Source: a virus
Lineage: Duplodnaviria > Caudoviricetes
IMG/VR virus record: IMGVR_UViG_3300032319_001187
Span: 1-57,603 of that record
Reading direction: 5' to 3' (one strand)
DNA length: 57,603 nucleotides
Shown: positions 25,056-33,846 of the stretch, one piece after another
How positions within the stretch are numbered: the stretch's first letter is position 1
Layout of the letters: each line of letters opens with the position of its first letter
The notes under the pieces: model-generated
Databases searched by the model: none
Seen by the model: only the letters and a program-made list of their open reading frames with translations
What the model was told of the DNA's origin: nothing
Translations under genes and position numbers: made by a program

Positions 25056-26134
25056 AACTTTCTTTTGAAGAAATGTTTAAGTCCGAAGACCACAAATCTT
25101 TGGCGGCTAAGGGCTTGATGTTAGGCTATCCGGTAAAAGTTCAAGGCAAAACCCACCGCTCAGACGGGATTGCCCACCATGTAACTGTTAAGTTTTTTGA
25201 GGGAGAACACGCAGACCCTGAAAAGGCCCACATTGCGGCTATGAAGCTTCCTCTTCAGTCTATTGACGCAACTAAAACTCATGTTAAACCCTTAGTTTTT
25301 CCAACTCGATTTGGAACAACGGTTCATGTCTTGGGGCTTCATGGCCCCGGTGTAGACCACGTTGTCCAAAGCCACGAGGCCCTTGCTTCTATGGGAATTC
25401 CTGACCGGTTTAAATTTATGCCGCACGTTACCGTAGATAAAGAAATCCATGAAATGGCAAGCAAAAACCCAGAGGCCACTGCAGCGGATCTCGGTTTAGA
25501 ATTTGGGGAGCCCGAGTTAAAGTTGGGGCCAGAAAAACTTCATGCTTATAGCAAGATGAAAAAGTCTGTAAGGGGCGCTCTAACCGCCTTGGGGATTGCG
25601 GCGGCGGTAGCCGGCGGCCCAACCGACATAAAAGAAAAACCCATCCAACCCCCTACGCAAGCTCAACATAGAAATGCAGTTAAGCATAGATTTTTGTCTT
25701 CTGTTCAAGAGGTTGAATCGCGTAGCGGAAAAGACACGGAGCATGCAAGTATTGAAAGTGGTCCCTTAAAGGGGCAAAGAGCTTATGGAAAATATGGGCT
25801 TATGCCTATCACAATCCAAGAAACTGTAAAAAGCCATCCCGACTTAAAGCGTCAGTATGGTAAGATTTTAAATCTTAACCATCAGCAGGTTCATGGCTAC
25901 ATGAAAGCCCATCCCCATCTTGAAGATGAAGTTGCGGGTAGACACACCGACCGCCTTATACACGTTTTTAACGGTGACGTAGATTCTATGGCCATGGCAT
26001 GGCTAAACGGCATTGCCGGGACAGTCCGGGCTAAGCAAAACGGCAAAAACCTTAAAGACCATTGGTACGTTAAAAGAATTCGAGCGGCATCTGGTAAGCC
26101 TTTGGAATCACAAAAGAAGTCTAAGATCAAGTAA
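25052..26134 (+). CDS. Modular polyprotein 4: 2H phosphoesterase (Acb1/T4 57B-like) fused to a lysozyme/transglycosylase-like domain
   Basis: Two HxT motifs (HHVTV, PHVTV); MKKS linker; then VES..G...AYGKYGLMP.T...AWLNG. Confidence 0.78.
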   Translation: MKLSFEEMFKSEDHKSLAAKGLMLGYPVKVQGKTHRSDGIAHHVTVKFFEGEHADPEKAHIAAMKLPLQSIDATKTHVKPLVFPTRFGTTVHVLGLHGPGVDHVVQSHEALASMGIPDRFKFMPHVTVDKEIHEMASKNPEATAADLGLEFGEPELKLGPEKLHAYSKMKKSVRGALTALGIAAAVAGGPTDIKEKPIQPPTQAQHRNAVKHRFLSSVQEVESRSGKDTEHASIESGPLKGQRAYGKYGLMPITIQETVKSHPDLKRQYGKILNLNHQQVHGYMKAHPHLEDEVAGRHTDRLIHVFNGDVDSMAMAWLNGIAGTVRAKQNGKNLKDHWYVKRIRAASGKPLESQKKSKIK

Positions 26135-26155
26135 TCTTTAGAGAAAGAGGTTTTT

Positions 26156-26698
26156 ATGGACGTTAAGCCGTCAGAAATTGAAGAAGTAAAAGTTATTGGA
26201 AACATTGAGGGCAAACCCGTAAAGCTAATTAAAACCGCCGGAGGTTTTTGGATGGCTATTGGAGCCCCTCGAGGAAAAGCCAAGGAAGAGGCTTTGGCTG
26301 CCGGCTCTCACCCCGCTATCGTTAAGTATAACGTTCAAAAACAACACTCCGATTATCAGCCCGTTCTTGAAAAAAGCGAAACGGAACCCGAAACAGATGT
26401 AACTGGTTTAAGCGAACTTCTCCCTAAAACCTCGAGAGACCAGGGTTTTGATCTTTACAGTCTTAAAAAAGGTAATGAAATTAACTACGTAGTTACTAAA
26501 TTTGGCTCTGAGGCCATTGCCTTTCGTGCCACAATTGTAGACGACGCTGTTGTTATGGCAAAAGCCAATAAGCCGTCTCAAGAGCCCATACAAGGTCTTG
26601 GCGCTGCAATTACACAGGCTCTTGTTCGGGACGCAATTGATTTGAAAAAAAGCGAAATCGTACACGGCTCTATTAAGCTTAAGGTTAAGGCTAAATAA
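26156..26698 (+). CDS. Hypothetical protein (late)
   Basis: 180 aa, GAGG RBS, TAATCTTTA upstream, LEKSE and LKKSE motifs. Confidence 0.65.
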   Translation: MDVKPSEIEEVKVIGNIEGKPVKLIKTAGGFWMAIGAPRGKAKEEALAAGSHPAIVKYNVQKQHSDYQPVLEKSETEPETDVTGLSELLPKTSRDQGFDLYSLKKGNEINYVVTKFGSEAIAFRATIVDDAVVMAKANKPSQEPIQGLGAAITQALVRDAIDLKKSEIVHGSIKLKVKAK

Positions 26699-26699
26699 C

Positions 26700-27077
26700 A
26701 TGTGTATCCAAATCCAGCAACAGGATGTTTCTTTTGAATATGATGAAAACGAGTGTTTTTACGAGCAAATGAAAAAAGCGGATTTGGTCAAAATAAAGTA
26801 CGCAAAAGAAGATTCTCAAAAAATAAGCAATTTTGTTGAAAGACTAGAAGACGGCCTTTCAAAAGGAGTAATCCCCTTAATTGCTATTGATGTTGATTAT
26901 GATAGCTATTTAAAAGGCTATGCAATCAAGAAAAAACTTGGGATTCTTGCAAGACATTCTGAAATTAACAAGCTGATTAACCTCTTGGTTCTTTCTCAGT
27001 TTACGCTTGACTCAAAACTGAAAAGCCTCCACGAGGAAATTGTAAGGATTTCTAACTATGCCAAAAAGGAAGCCTAG
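26700..27077 (+). CDS. Hypothetical protein
   Basis: 125 aa, contiguous in the operon. Confidence 0.55.
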   Translation: MCIQIQQQDVSFEYDENECFYEQMKKADLVKIKYAKEDSQKISNFVERLEDGLSKGVIPLIAIDVDYDSYLKGYAIKKKLGILARHSEINKLINLLVLSQFTLDSKLKSLHEEIVRISNYAKKEA

Positions 27078-27975
27078 AGGCCACCAGCTAGATACGATTA
27101 GTAGAATTGGAGATCTGGCCCAGCATTCGTTTGATCTATCAAAACAAGATCAATTTGTTACTTCTTTAGGCATTCAGTTTGTCCATTATAAAGCTATGCC
27201 CTCACCAATTGGCCTTAAAGAACGGGGGGACTACCGCCGCAGCGACGCCCTAGACACAATCAGCTCTAACGGGATGCTTTATACTAAGGCAGGTTGCTTT
27301 ACCGCAACTATGTCGGATAACTCCCGGTCACAGTCTAGAAGTGACGGCGGCATTTTGGACCCTTCAACCTCTCGAATTATTCTTCCTCGGTTCTACGATA
27401 AGAACGAGGAAGTAGCTGCCGGAAATCGTATTTACATGGCTCCCGGAGACCGAGTTTATATTTCGGACCCTAATGCCGACGTACTTGTCTCTAACTATCA
27501 AAGGATGACTTATGAAGCCGACCAAGACAACCGGCCTATGTTCCCAATTGTTAAAGTCGAGATGATCACAGACAGCAGGAATCAAAGCTATCAAGAAGGG
27601 GTAGATTTTGAAATTACCTGCGCGGGAGACATTAGGTGGCTTTCGGGAGGCTCAACCCCAGGAATTGACCTCGACACCAAAGAGGGTAGGGTTTACTCCG
27701 TCAGGTACCTTTATAAGGCCTTTTGGTATATTGTCAGCCTTCCCAAAGAGGTTCGGATGACAAATGTAACTACTGGTGGCGTCCGTTCTCCAGAAAGAAT
27801 GCCCTATCATGCTGTTCTTCAAAGAGAATACGTTTATCAGCAACAAATTAACGGCGGCAAAAACCAGCCTCAAGACCAAAAAACTGACCGAACAAGGGAA
27901 GACCCCCAAGACGGCATTGACCCAGCAAACCCTCAAATCAAGGTCAATATGGACCTATTTGATGAGGAATCTTAG
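27058..27975 (+). CDS. Neck/head-closure protein (putative)
   Basis: 305 aa; GDRVY, YQEGVDFEI, YSVRY...WYIV patterns seen in large-myovirus neck proteins. Confidence 0.55.
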   Translation: MPKRKPRGHQLDTISRIGDLAQHSFDLSKQDQFVTSLGIQFVHYKAMPSPIGLKERGDYRRSDALDTISSNGMLYTKAGCFTATMSDNSRSQSRSDGGILDPSTSRIILPRFYDKNEEVAAGNRIYMAPGDRVYISDPNADVLVSNYQRMTYEADQDNRPMFPIVKVEMITDSRNQSYQEGVDFEITCAGDIRWLSGGSTPGIDLDTKEGRVYSVRYLYKAFWYIVSLPKEVRMTNVTTGGVRSPERMPYHAVLQREYVYQQQINGGKNQPQDQKTDRTREDPQDGIDPANPQIKVNMDLFDEES

Positions 27976-28004
27976 AGACAATCTTAATAAGGTAGAGGTA
28001 TACC

Positions 28005-28427
28005 ATGGCAACCCCAAAACGTAGAAATTCTTATATCGGCACGGTTGACCCCAGTTCAATCGCCACTAACACCTATAACGACGCGGTAGGCGCCCAAAAA
28101 AACATGGAAGCTGGCCACCACCTTTTGCCAATTCCGGCTGGGGGCGCGTTTACATGTGATGCAACAACTGCTAGGGCTATTGAAAAAGGAAAAACCTTGG
28201 CCATTTATAACACAACCAGTACGCTTTATTCTGCAACTCTCGGCGATTCTGCCGCTATGGCTTCTTTGGCTCCTGGAGCTACTGATGCCAGCGGAAATGT
28301 GGGCATTCCTTGTATGGGCAATAATTGGACTTACATTGCCAACTATGACCGCCAGTTTGTAAGAACAAGCAACGCCGCTCTTTTGGTGTTTATTGTAAAA
28401 GATGAGTCAAACGTAATTCTCGAGTAA
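28005..28427 (+). CDS. Hypothetical virion protein
   Basis: 140 aa, GAGG RBS, CAATCTTAA at 27979. Confidence 0.6.
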   Translation: MATPKRRNSYIGTVDPSSIATNTYNDAVGAQKNMEAGHHLLPIPAGGAFTCDATTARAIEKGKTLAIYNTTSTLYSATLGDSAAMASLAPGATDASGNVGIPCMGNNWTYIANYDRQFVRTSNAALLVFIVKDESNVILE

Positions 28428-28431
28428 CAAA

Positions 28432-29337
28432 ATGGCAAAATGGTCAGACCCAGCAGAAAAATTTCTTCTGAAGGCTCTCGGCCAAGAGGGGCTAGAAGCG
28501 CTAGAGAAGTTTGAGCTGGTTAAAGAAAAAACGCAGACCGTTCTAGATCATGAAGAGATTAGAACGGCCCTACAAATTGTGCCCCGCACAATTTTGAGCA
28601 TGCTTTATCATGAGCTTGCTCCTATGCCCGATCATTCTAATAAAGAAATAAAGCTCCCTGTTGAACCCGAAGCAGTTCTTAGTGTCACAAAAATGGCAAA
28701 AGACGTTTATTCTGGTTCTATCCAGCAAAGGGGTAAAATTGTATCTAAGTTTCAGCACAGAAGCTTGCCGGGAGTTGGTCTAATTATAATGACCGCCTTT
28801 GAGCTTTACGAACAAAAAGATATAGCCGAGCTTTCTAGTCAGCCAACATCTTCTCCTACCATTGATCAAATACAAAAAATAATCGACGAAAGGCTTCAGC
28901 TTCAGTCGATGATATCTAATTTAGTAGACAAAAGAATCTCCCAAAGAGAGGCGATGGAAAGGTTGATTTCCATCAGACTAAATCAGATGTTTGAAGAACA
29001 CAAAAAAGCAGAAGAAATTGTGGCAGACAAAAAAGAAGAGCCTGTTAAGCCAGAAAAAAAGCTTAAGACATTTCTTGATAAAGTTAAAAACAAAAAACCT
29101 CAAGAAATTGTTATAAAAATGGAAAAAGGTGAAAGTTTTTCCTGCCCAGACTGCGGTAAAAAGATCTTTGATCAAGGCGCTTTCTCTGGATGTATTTGTT
29201 ATGGTGACGACAGAGGCAAAGCTGTTTACTTAAAAAAGACAGAGGGCGGCGTGTCTATTAGGTTCTCTAAAGGGTGGGACCAAGAAAACATTGAAATGCT
29301 GCTAGATACCCTAAAGAAAAGGAACGGCGGAGGTTGA
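28432..29337 (+). CDS. Hypothetical protein with C-terminal zinc ribbon
   Basis: 301 aa; CPDCG...CIC. Confidence 0.65.
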   Translation: MAKWSDPAEKFLLKALGQEGLEALEKFELVKEKTQTVLDHEEIRTALQIVPRTILSMLYHELAPMPDHSNKEIKLPVEPEAVLSVTKMAKDVYSGSIQQRGKIVSKFQHRSLPGVGLIIMTAFELYEQKDIAELSSQPTSSPTIDQIQKIIDERLQLQSMISNLVDKRISQREAMERLISIRLNQMFEEHKKAEEIVADKKEEPVKPEKKLKTFLDKVKNKKPQEIVIKMEKGESFSCPDCGKKIFDQGAFSGCICYGDDRGKAVYLKKTEGGVSIRFSKGWDQENIEMLLDTLKKRNGGG

Positions 29338-29338
29338 T

Positions 29339-30691
29339 ATGGCGCATTTTTTTGCAGCCTTAGATGGCGACAATGCAGGAAGTCATGTAGGTCAAGCGGT
29401 TCTTCACGACGACGTAGAAGCTTTGGCTGATATTTCTAGCCGAATTGATTCGGCAAATCAAGCTGTTAAACAGTGGGTAGAAGCTCACGGCGGCAAAATG
29501 ATTAGCTTTGGCGGTGACGAATCTACTTTTATGATCGAGGCAGAAAGCCTTGAGGCTCTTGGAGACATGATTGAAGAGCTAAGGGATCAATACCAACAAG
29601 TTAGCGGTTTTACTGTCACTGCCGGTATTGGAGAGTCTTTAAGCCAAGCTGGAAAAGCGTTGATGGCAGGTAAGCTTGTCGGCAAAGACATGGTCATGGA
29701 ATATAACGACCATGTTGAAGCTATTCTTGAAGAAGCCCACAATCATGCTGGTGCGGGCGAAGGAACAGAAGAAGAAGAAAAGCTCGATGAAGCTTATTTG
29801 GGCGACCTTTTTGGGGACGAAGACGGCGCTGAAATGGAGCCAAAAGAATCTATAGAACCGGGTTATCTTCATGATGAAGGTGAAGAAGAACCCGGCGATG
29901 AAGGTCAAGAAGAAGAGCATGGCGACGAAGAACAACCTGCTTCCCACGAGCATTTTGACGGTGAAGAGCACTATCTTGAAGGTGAAGACGAAGATGAAGA
30001 GCAGTCTGCCGAAATGCTTGATGGCGATGAAGAAGGATCGCAAGATTTGCAAGAACAGCCTTCCGAAAGCTCTTTTGGCGATTTAGAAGGTGTAGCCGGA
30101 GACGCCGACGTTCATTCCCCAATTGGGCAGGAGATAGCGCCCGAACATGTTGTTCACGGGGAAGACTCTGAAGATGAGGAGTCGCTAAATTTCCAAGACG
30201 CTAAAAACATGATGGCAGAGCCTTCCGAAGAAGCGCCTGAGTCTAATTTTGAAAACGAAGAGCCTATTCAAATTGCCGGCGCAGTGGACCAGGAATCTGA
30301 AGAGCCAAAAATGGACGAGGAATTGTCCACCGAAGAGGAAGCAAAGGCCAATGAAAATGCTCAAGAGGCTAGTCCAGAGGGCGAAGAAGAAGTCAATCCA
30401 GAAATGGAAGCGTTTGGCCAAATGGTTGATGAGGGCGTTCAAGAAGATGATGAGGCGCTTAAAAATAGGATAGCTCAAGCTCTTGCTAAGTTTAAAGAGC
30501 AGAAACCTGTCCTTGAGGCCGCTGCATCTCAAGCGCCGGAGCTTTACGAAGCAAGCCTTGAGATACTTAAAGTCATGATTGATATGGCAAGGCGGCTTTT
30601 TCCTCCGCAAGAGGAAGATCAACCCGAACAAGTTGAAGTTCCATCAGGATCAGCACCTTCTGAGGAGGCGCCCAAAGACCCAAAAATCTAA
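29339..30691 (+). CDS. mCpol-like (minimal CRISPR polymerase, GGDEF/Cas10-palm-related) nucleotide cyclase domain with a long acidic tail
   Basis: N-terminal ~120 aa: ALDGDNAG...GGKMISFGGDE...TVTAGIG.SLSQA.KAL..GKL.GKD; the remainder is extremely D/E-rich; GGAGG RBS. Confidence 0.78.
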   Translation: MAHFFAALDGDNAGSHVGQAVLHDDVEALADISSRIDSANQAVKQWVEAHGGKMISFGGDESTFMIEAESLEALGDMIEELRDQYQQVSGFTVTAGIGESLSQAGKALMAGKLVGKDMVMEYNDHVEAILEEAHNHAGAGEGTEEEEKLDEAYLGDLFGDEDGAEMEPKESIEPGYLHDEGEEEPGDEGQEEEHGDEEQPASHEHFDGEEHYLEGEDEDEEQSAEMLDGDEEGSQDLQEQPSESSFGDLEGVAGDADVHSPIGQEIAPEHVVHGEDSEDEESLNFQDAKNMMAEPSEEAPESNFENEEPIQIAGAVDQESEEPKMDEELSTEEEAKANENAQEASPEGEEEVNPEMEAFGQMVDEGVQEDDEALKNRIAQALAKFKEQKPVLEAAASQAPELYEASLEILKVMIDMARRLFPPQEEDQPEQVEVPSGSAPSEEAPKDPKI

Positions 30692-30723
30692 GGTCGGTGG
30701 GGAAGAGCGTGCGCCTTCCGACC
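30662..30723 (+). other. Candidate programmed -1 ribosomal frameshift signal
   Basis: GAGGAGG (30662-30668), then 10 nt, then C_CCA_AAA heptamer (30679-30685) in frame, then 6 nt, then stem GGTCGG/CCGACC. The -1 frame is open into ORF 30697-30891. Confidence 0.65.
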
Positions 30724-30891
30724 AAACGCACTACAAGGCACGTTGCAAAGCCACAAATCCCCGAAGGGGCTGTTAATCTTAAAGGTTATCAAAAGGTAAT
30801 AGACAACCAAACGGGGCGCGTTAGGTACGTGGATAGAAAAAAAGGCGTCATTTTGGATGCCGGTGGAGATCCGACAACGGAAAGAGATTAA
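30697..30891 (+). CDS. Basic 64-aa ORF, probably the -1 frameshift extension of the upstream gene
   Basis: GTG start lacks a well-placed RBS and lies inside a stem-loop; stop overlaps the next ATG. Confidence 0.55.
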   Translation: MGKSVRLPTKRTTRHVAKPQIPEGAVNLKGYQKVIDNQTGRVRYVDRKKGVILDAGGDPTTERD

Positions 30892-31643
30892 TGAACAACC
30901 TTAAGTTTACTATCAACGCAGAAGAAATGGCGGCTGCTTTCGGCGAAATGAAGCAGGCTGTTGAGACTGCTTTGACTAAAGGCGTTCAATCTCTTGCCAG
31001 CATGACTCATCAAAAAACGATTGAGCTTGCAAATGCTAAACTTAAGAGTACCAGAAAGATTTACACCGACAATCTATCGTTTGAGCAAGTTGCTCCGTCT
31101 ATTTGGGTTGTAAGCCTGTCTGAACCAGCCTTGTGGATTGAAGAAGGCCGCAAAGCAGGAAGCATGGTTGATGACCTTTTGCGCAAAGGAGCAAAAACTA
31201 GCAAAGACGGAAACCGTTATAAGGCAATCCCTTTTGAGCATAGCAAGCCAAGCTCCCAACAAACGTCCGGCCAAAAAGACCTTGTTGCTCTTATCAAGTC
31301 TACATTAAAAACATACGGCCTTGGTGTAAAAAAAATTGAGTATGACCAAAAAGGAAGTCCTAGGGTTGGTCGGTTACATAGTTTTAATATCAACAGTCCC
31401 TTTCCAAGCCCAAGAGCCTCTACTCCCGCCCTATTTGGGCTAACAGTTTATCAGTCTAAAACGCCCGGTGGAAATGTTCGTCGAGATGTTATGACGTTTA
31501 GGATGGTTAGCGATAAGCACAAGGGAAACAAGTGGATTCATCCAGGCAGAGATGCCGATAAGTTTATGGACGCCGCTTTGGCCTGGGCTGAAAAAGAATG
31601 GGAACAAAATGTCCTTCCTAGCATCCTTAAGGAGTTCGAATGA
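30891..31643 (+). CDS. Neck/tail-completion protein (putative)
   Basis: 250 aa; WIEEG, FRMVSDK...WIHPG patterns of large-myovirus neck proteins. Confidence 0.55.
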   Translation: MNNLKFTINAEEMAAAFGEMKQAVETALTKGVQSLASMTHQKTIELANAKLKSTRKIYTDNLSFEQVAPSIWVVSLSEPALWIEEGRKAGSMVDDLLRKGAKTSKDGNRYKAIPFEHSKPSSQQTSGQKDLVALIKSTLKTYGLGVKKIEYDQKGSPRVGRLHSFNINSPFPSPRASTPALFGLTVYQSKTPGGNVRRDVMTFRMVSDKHKGNKWIHPGRDADKFMDAALAWAEKEWEQNVLPSILKEFE

Positions 31644-32626
31644 TCTTCGCCGGGGATGTAGTTATCAAACTAGCCATTCAACAGGGCCTTGAGGATCTTA
31701 GAAAAAATCCTTGGCTCTTGGACGATATTTTGGGTCAATTTTCTTCTGAACCGGCTATGGCCTCAGTTTATGGAAAAAAAGAAATTGACGCCGCAAAAGA
31801 ATGGTTTTTAAACAACAAAATTGATATTTACATGCGCTATAGACTAGACAAGGATCAGTTTCCTTGCATCACGATTGCGCTGGGTAGTTCAAGTGAACTA
31901 GACGAAATGAAGCATATGGCAGACCAATCTACAGAGGTTGTTACGCTTATGCCAAACGATATTAACAAGCCTATTTCTTTTGTCGTAAAACCTTTTACCC
32001 CTAGCTCTTACGATGATGATCTAGGTGAATTGGTAGCCCCAGCCTCTGTCTCTTTGCGCCAAGTTAGGCCAGGTATGATTTTGGTTGACCCCGACACCGG
32101 CAACGGCTGGGTCATTAGGGATGTGAAAAACAAAATAATTGAAATTGATTCAGGTCTTGGTGTCAGCGCAAAAAGATTTGCGGTTGTTCCTCAATATCAA
32201 ATTTATAAAGCTAGGCGCGAGCATAGTTTTTTTCAAGAATCTTATAGTATAGGGTGTCATGTTCATGGAGACACCGCCCCTCTTCTTTGGCTGCATGCTA
32301 TCGTTGTTTATTCCTTACTTAGATACAGAGAAAGCCTTCTTGAGGCCAGGTCTTTTACTCAGTCCAGTATCAGTAGTTCGGACCTAGTCCCCAACAACGA
32401 TTTTGGTGGTCCGGGCGGAGAGAACGTTTTTTCTCGGTATATTACCTTGACCGGAATGGTTGAAAACACCTGGCTTAAAACCCCAACTAGGGTAATAGAA
32501 GGCATTGATATTGTTGAGAAACAAGAGGGCGATGTCCTTAAATCTGGCATCAAAATATTAAGCAATCTAAACTCTCCCGAAGATCTTGATACTGAAGACG
32601 ATTCTTGGACCACGATTAAAGAGTAG
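31640..32626 (+). CDS. Tail terminator/completion-like protein (putative)
   Basis: 328 aa; FPCITIALG, YSIGCH, VFSRYITL; upstream of the sheath gene. Confidence 0.5.
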   Translation: MIFAGDVVIKLAIQQGLEDLRKNPWLLDDILGQFSSEPAMASVYGKKEIDAAKEWFLNNKIDIYMRYRLDKDQFPCITIALGSSSELDEMKHMADQSTEVVTLMPNDINKPISFVVKPFTPSSYDDDLGELVAPASVSLRQVRPGMILVDPDTGNGWVIRDVKNKIIEIDSGLGVSAKRFAVVPQYQIYKARREHSFFQESYSIGCHVHGDTAPLLWLHAIVVYSLLRYRESLLEARSFTQSSISSSDLVPNNDFGGPGGENVFSRYITLTGMVENTWLKTPTRVIEGIDIVEKQEGDVLKSGIKILSNLNSPEDLDTEDDSWTTIKE

Positions 32627-32639
32627 CAATCTTAAATAT

Positions 32640-33083
32640 ATGAACGGCAATAAAGATCTAAAAACTGACCTTAGGAAAGCGATTGCAAAGGCTATTGCCA
32701 AAGCCTATCGCGCAGGCAACCCTATGGCCAGAGAAATTGTTGGGAGCGATAAAACTGCACAAAAAATTGTTAACGACATTGCCGACCCCAACAAACATGC
32801 TGACGTTCCCCCAAAAGAGGTCCCAGCAAATGCGGAGGCTGTTTTACATAAGGACGTTTTGAACCCCGCTCAAAGACAGCAAAGAGCTGTGCAGTCTCAA
32901 AAAGAGGCTCAGGCAAAAGCTGCCCTTGGACAAAGGGACGAAAAACTTCCTTCTAAGTCGGGGCAAATCGGTTATCTAAGAAGCCATCAAGGAAATGTTG
33001 TTGCCCTTTCTGAGAACGCCCCAGAAAAAGGCGTTGGAAAGCTTAAAAAGTTTATGGAAGGGGTTAAGGCTAAAAAGAGATAA
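32640..33083 (+). CDS. Hypothetical basic protein
   Basis: ATG at 32640 directly after CAATCTTAAATAT; C-terminal KLKKFM motif. Confidence 0.6.
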   Translation: MNGNKDLKTDLRKAIAKAIAKAYRAGNPMAREIVGSDKTAQKIVNDIADPNKHADVPPKEVPANAEAVLHKDVLNPAQRQQRAVQSQKEAQAKAALGQRDEKLPSKSGQIGYLRSHQGNVVALSENAPEKGVGKLKKFMEGVKAKKR

Positions 33084-33143
33084 TACTTTGATATTATTGA
33101 CATTTTTTATTTTAGCCAATCTTTAGGGTATAGGAGCTTTATC

Positions 33144-33554
33144 GTGAGCAAAAAAGAATACACACCGATTGAAGTAGCCAAATCAGTTTTGAAAAAGACT
33201 GAAGAAATGATTAAGTCTTGGAAATCTATGGCCAAAGCTGCCAAAGACTATCCAAAAGCTTTGGCTGCAGAAAACATTAAAGAGCACATGAAGCATAAAG
33301 AAGAGCACCCTGGCGGCGCAAAACAAGCCGTTGCAATTGGTATTGAACAAGCTCGTCACGGTGAACACGAAGCTAAAAAATCCGAAATGGAAAAAAGCGC
33401 TGAGGTAAATAAAAGCCCTGCTCAAGCGGCTCAGCTAAAAGGCGTTTCTGTGCCTAAACCCCCTCAAATGCCTAAGCAGCAGGCTATGAAATCTCCTCGC
33501 CCTTTGAAGCAGTTTATGCAAAAAAGAGAAGGCAAAAAGGGCGGGTCCAAATAA
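33144..33554 (+). CDS. Hypothetical basic protein
   Basis: 136 aa, AGGAG RBS, KQAVAI module, MAKA and MEKS motifs, C-terminal LKQFM. Confidence 0.65.
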   Translation: MSKKEYTPIEVAKSVLKKTEEMIKSWKSMAKAAKDYPKALAAENIKEHMKHKEEHPGGAKQAVAIGIEQARHGEHEAKKSEMEKSAEVNKSPAQAAQLKGVSVPKPPQMPKQQAMKSPRPLKQFMQKREGKKGGSK

Positions 33555-33832
33555 TGGCTAGACCTAAAAACCCTGAGAAAAAGGATCGAGTTGAAGAAAT
33601 GAGAGAAAAAATTCAGGAAGCTCAAAAAATTGAACGACCTGGTCAGGCTCTGACTGAAATAGACGAGTCTAAAAGCCGTCTTATGTTTAATGATTTTTGG
33701 GCTTCAGAAAGAAAAAGCTTTGGTCAGCCCAGAGAAATTGAAGAGATTTTGTGGGCACACCTCAAAGCAATCAAGTGTGATCGCCCAGAGAAGTTTGAAG
33801 AAGGGATTGCTCACTTCGGGCTTAAAAGGTAA
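33554..33832 (+). CDS. Hypothetical protein
   Basis: 92 aa, coupled to the upstream gene, directly before the sheath gene. Confidence 0.65.
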   Translation: MARPKNPEKKDRVEEMREKIQEAQKIERPGQALTEIDESKSRLMFNDFWASERKSFGQPREIEEILWAHLKAIKCDRPEKFEEGIAHFGLKR

Positions 33833-33846
33833 GGGAGTAAAATAAC

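Noticed and set aside
29339-30691. Type III CRISPR Cas10 or a classical diguanylate cyclase
   Set aside because: Only a ~120-aa palm-like domain; no HD domain, cas neighbours, sensory domains or the usual D.D.FK..ND motif of GGDEF enzymes.
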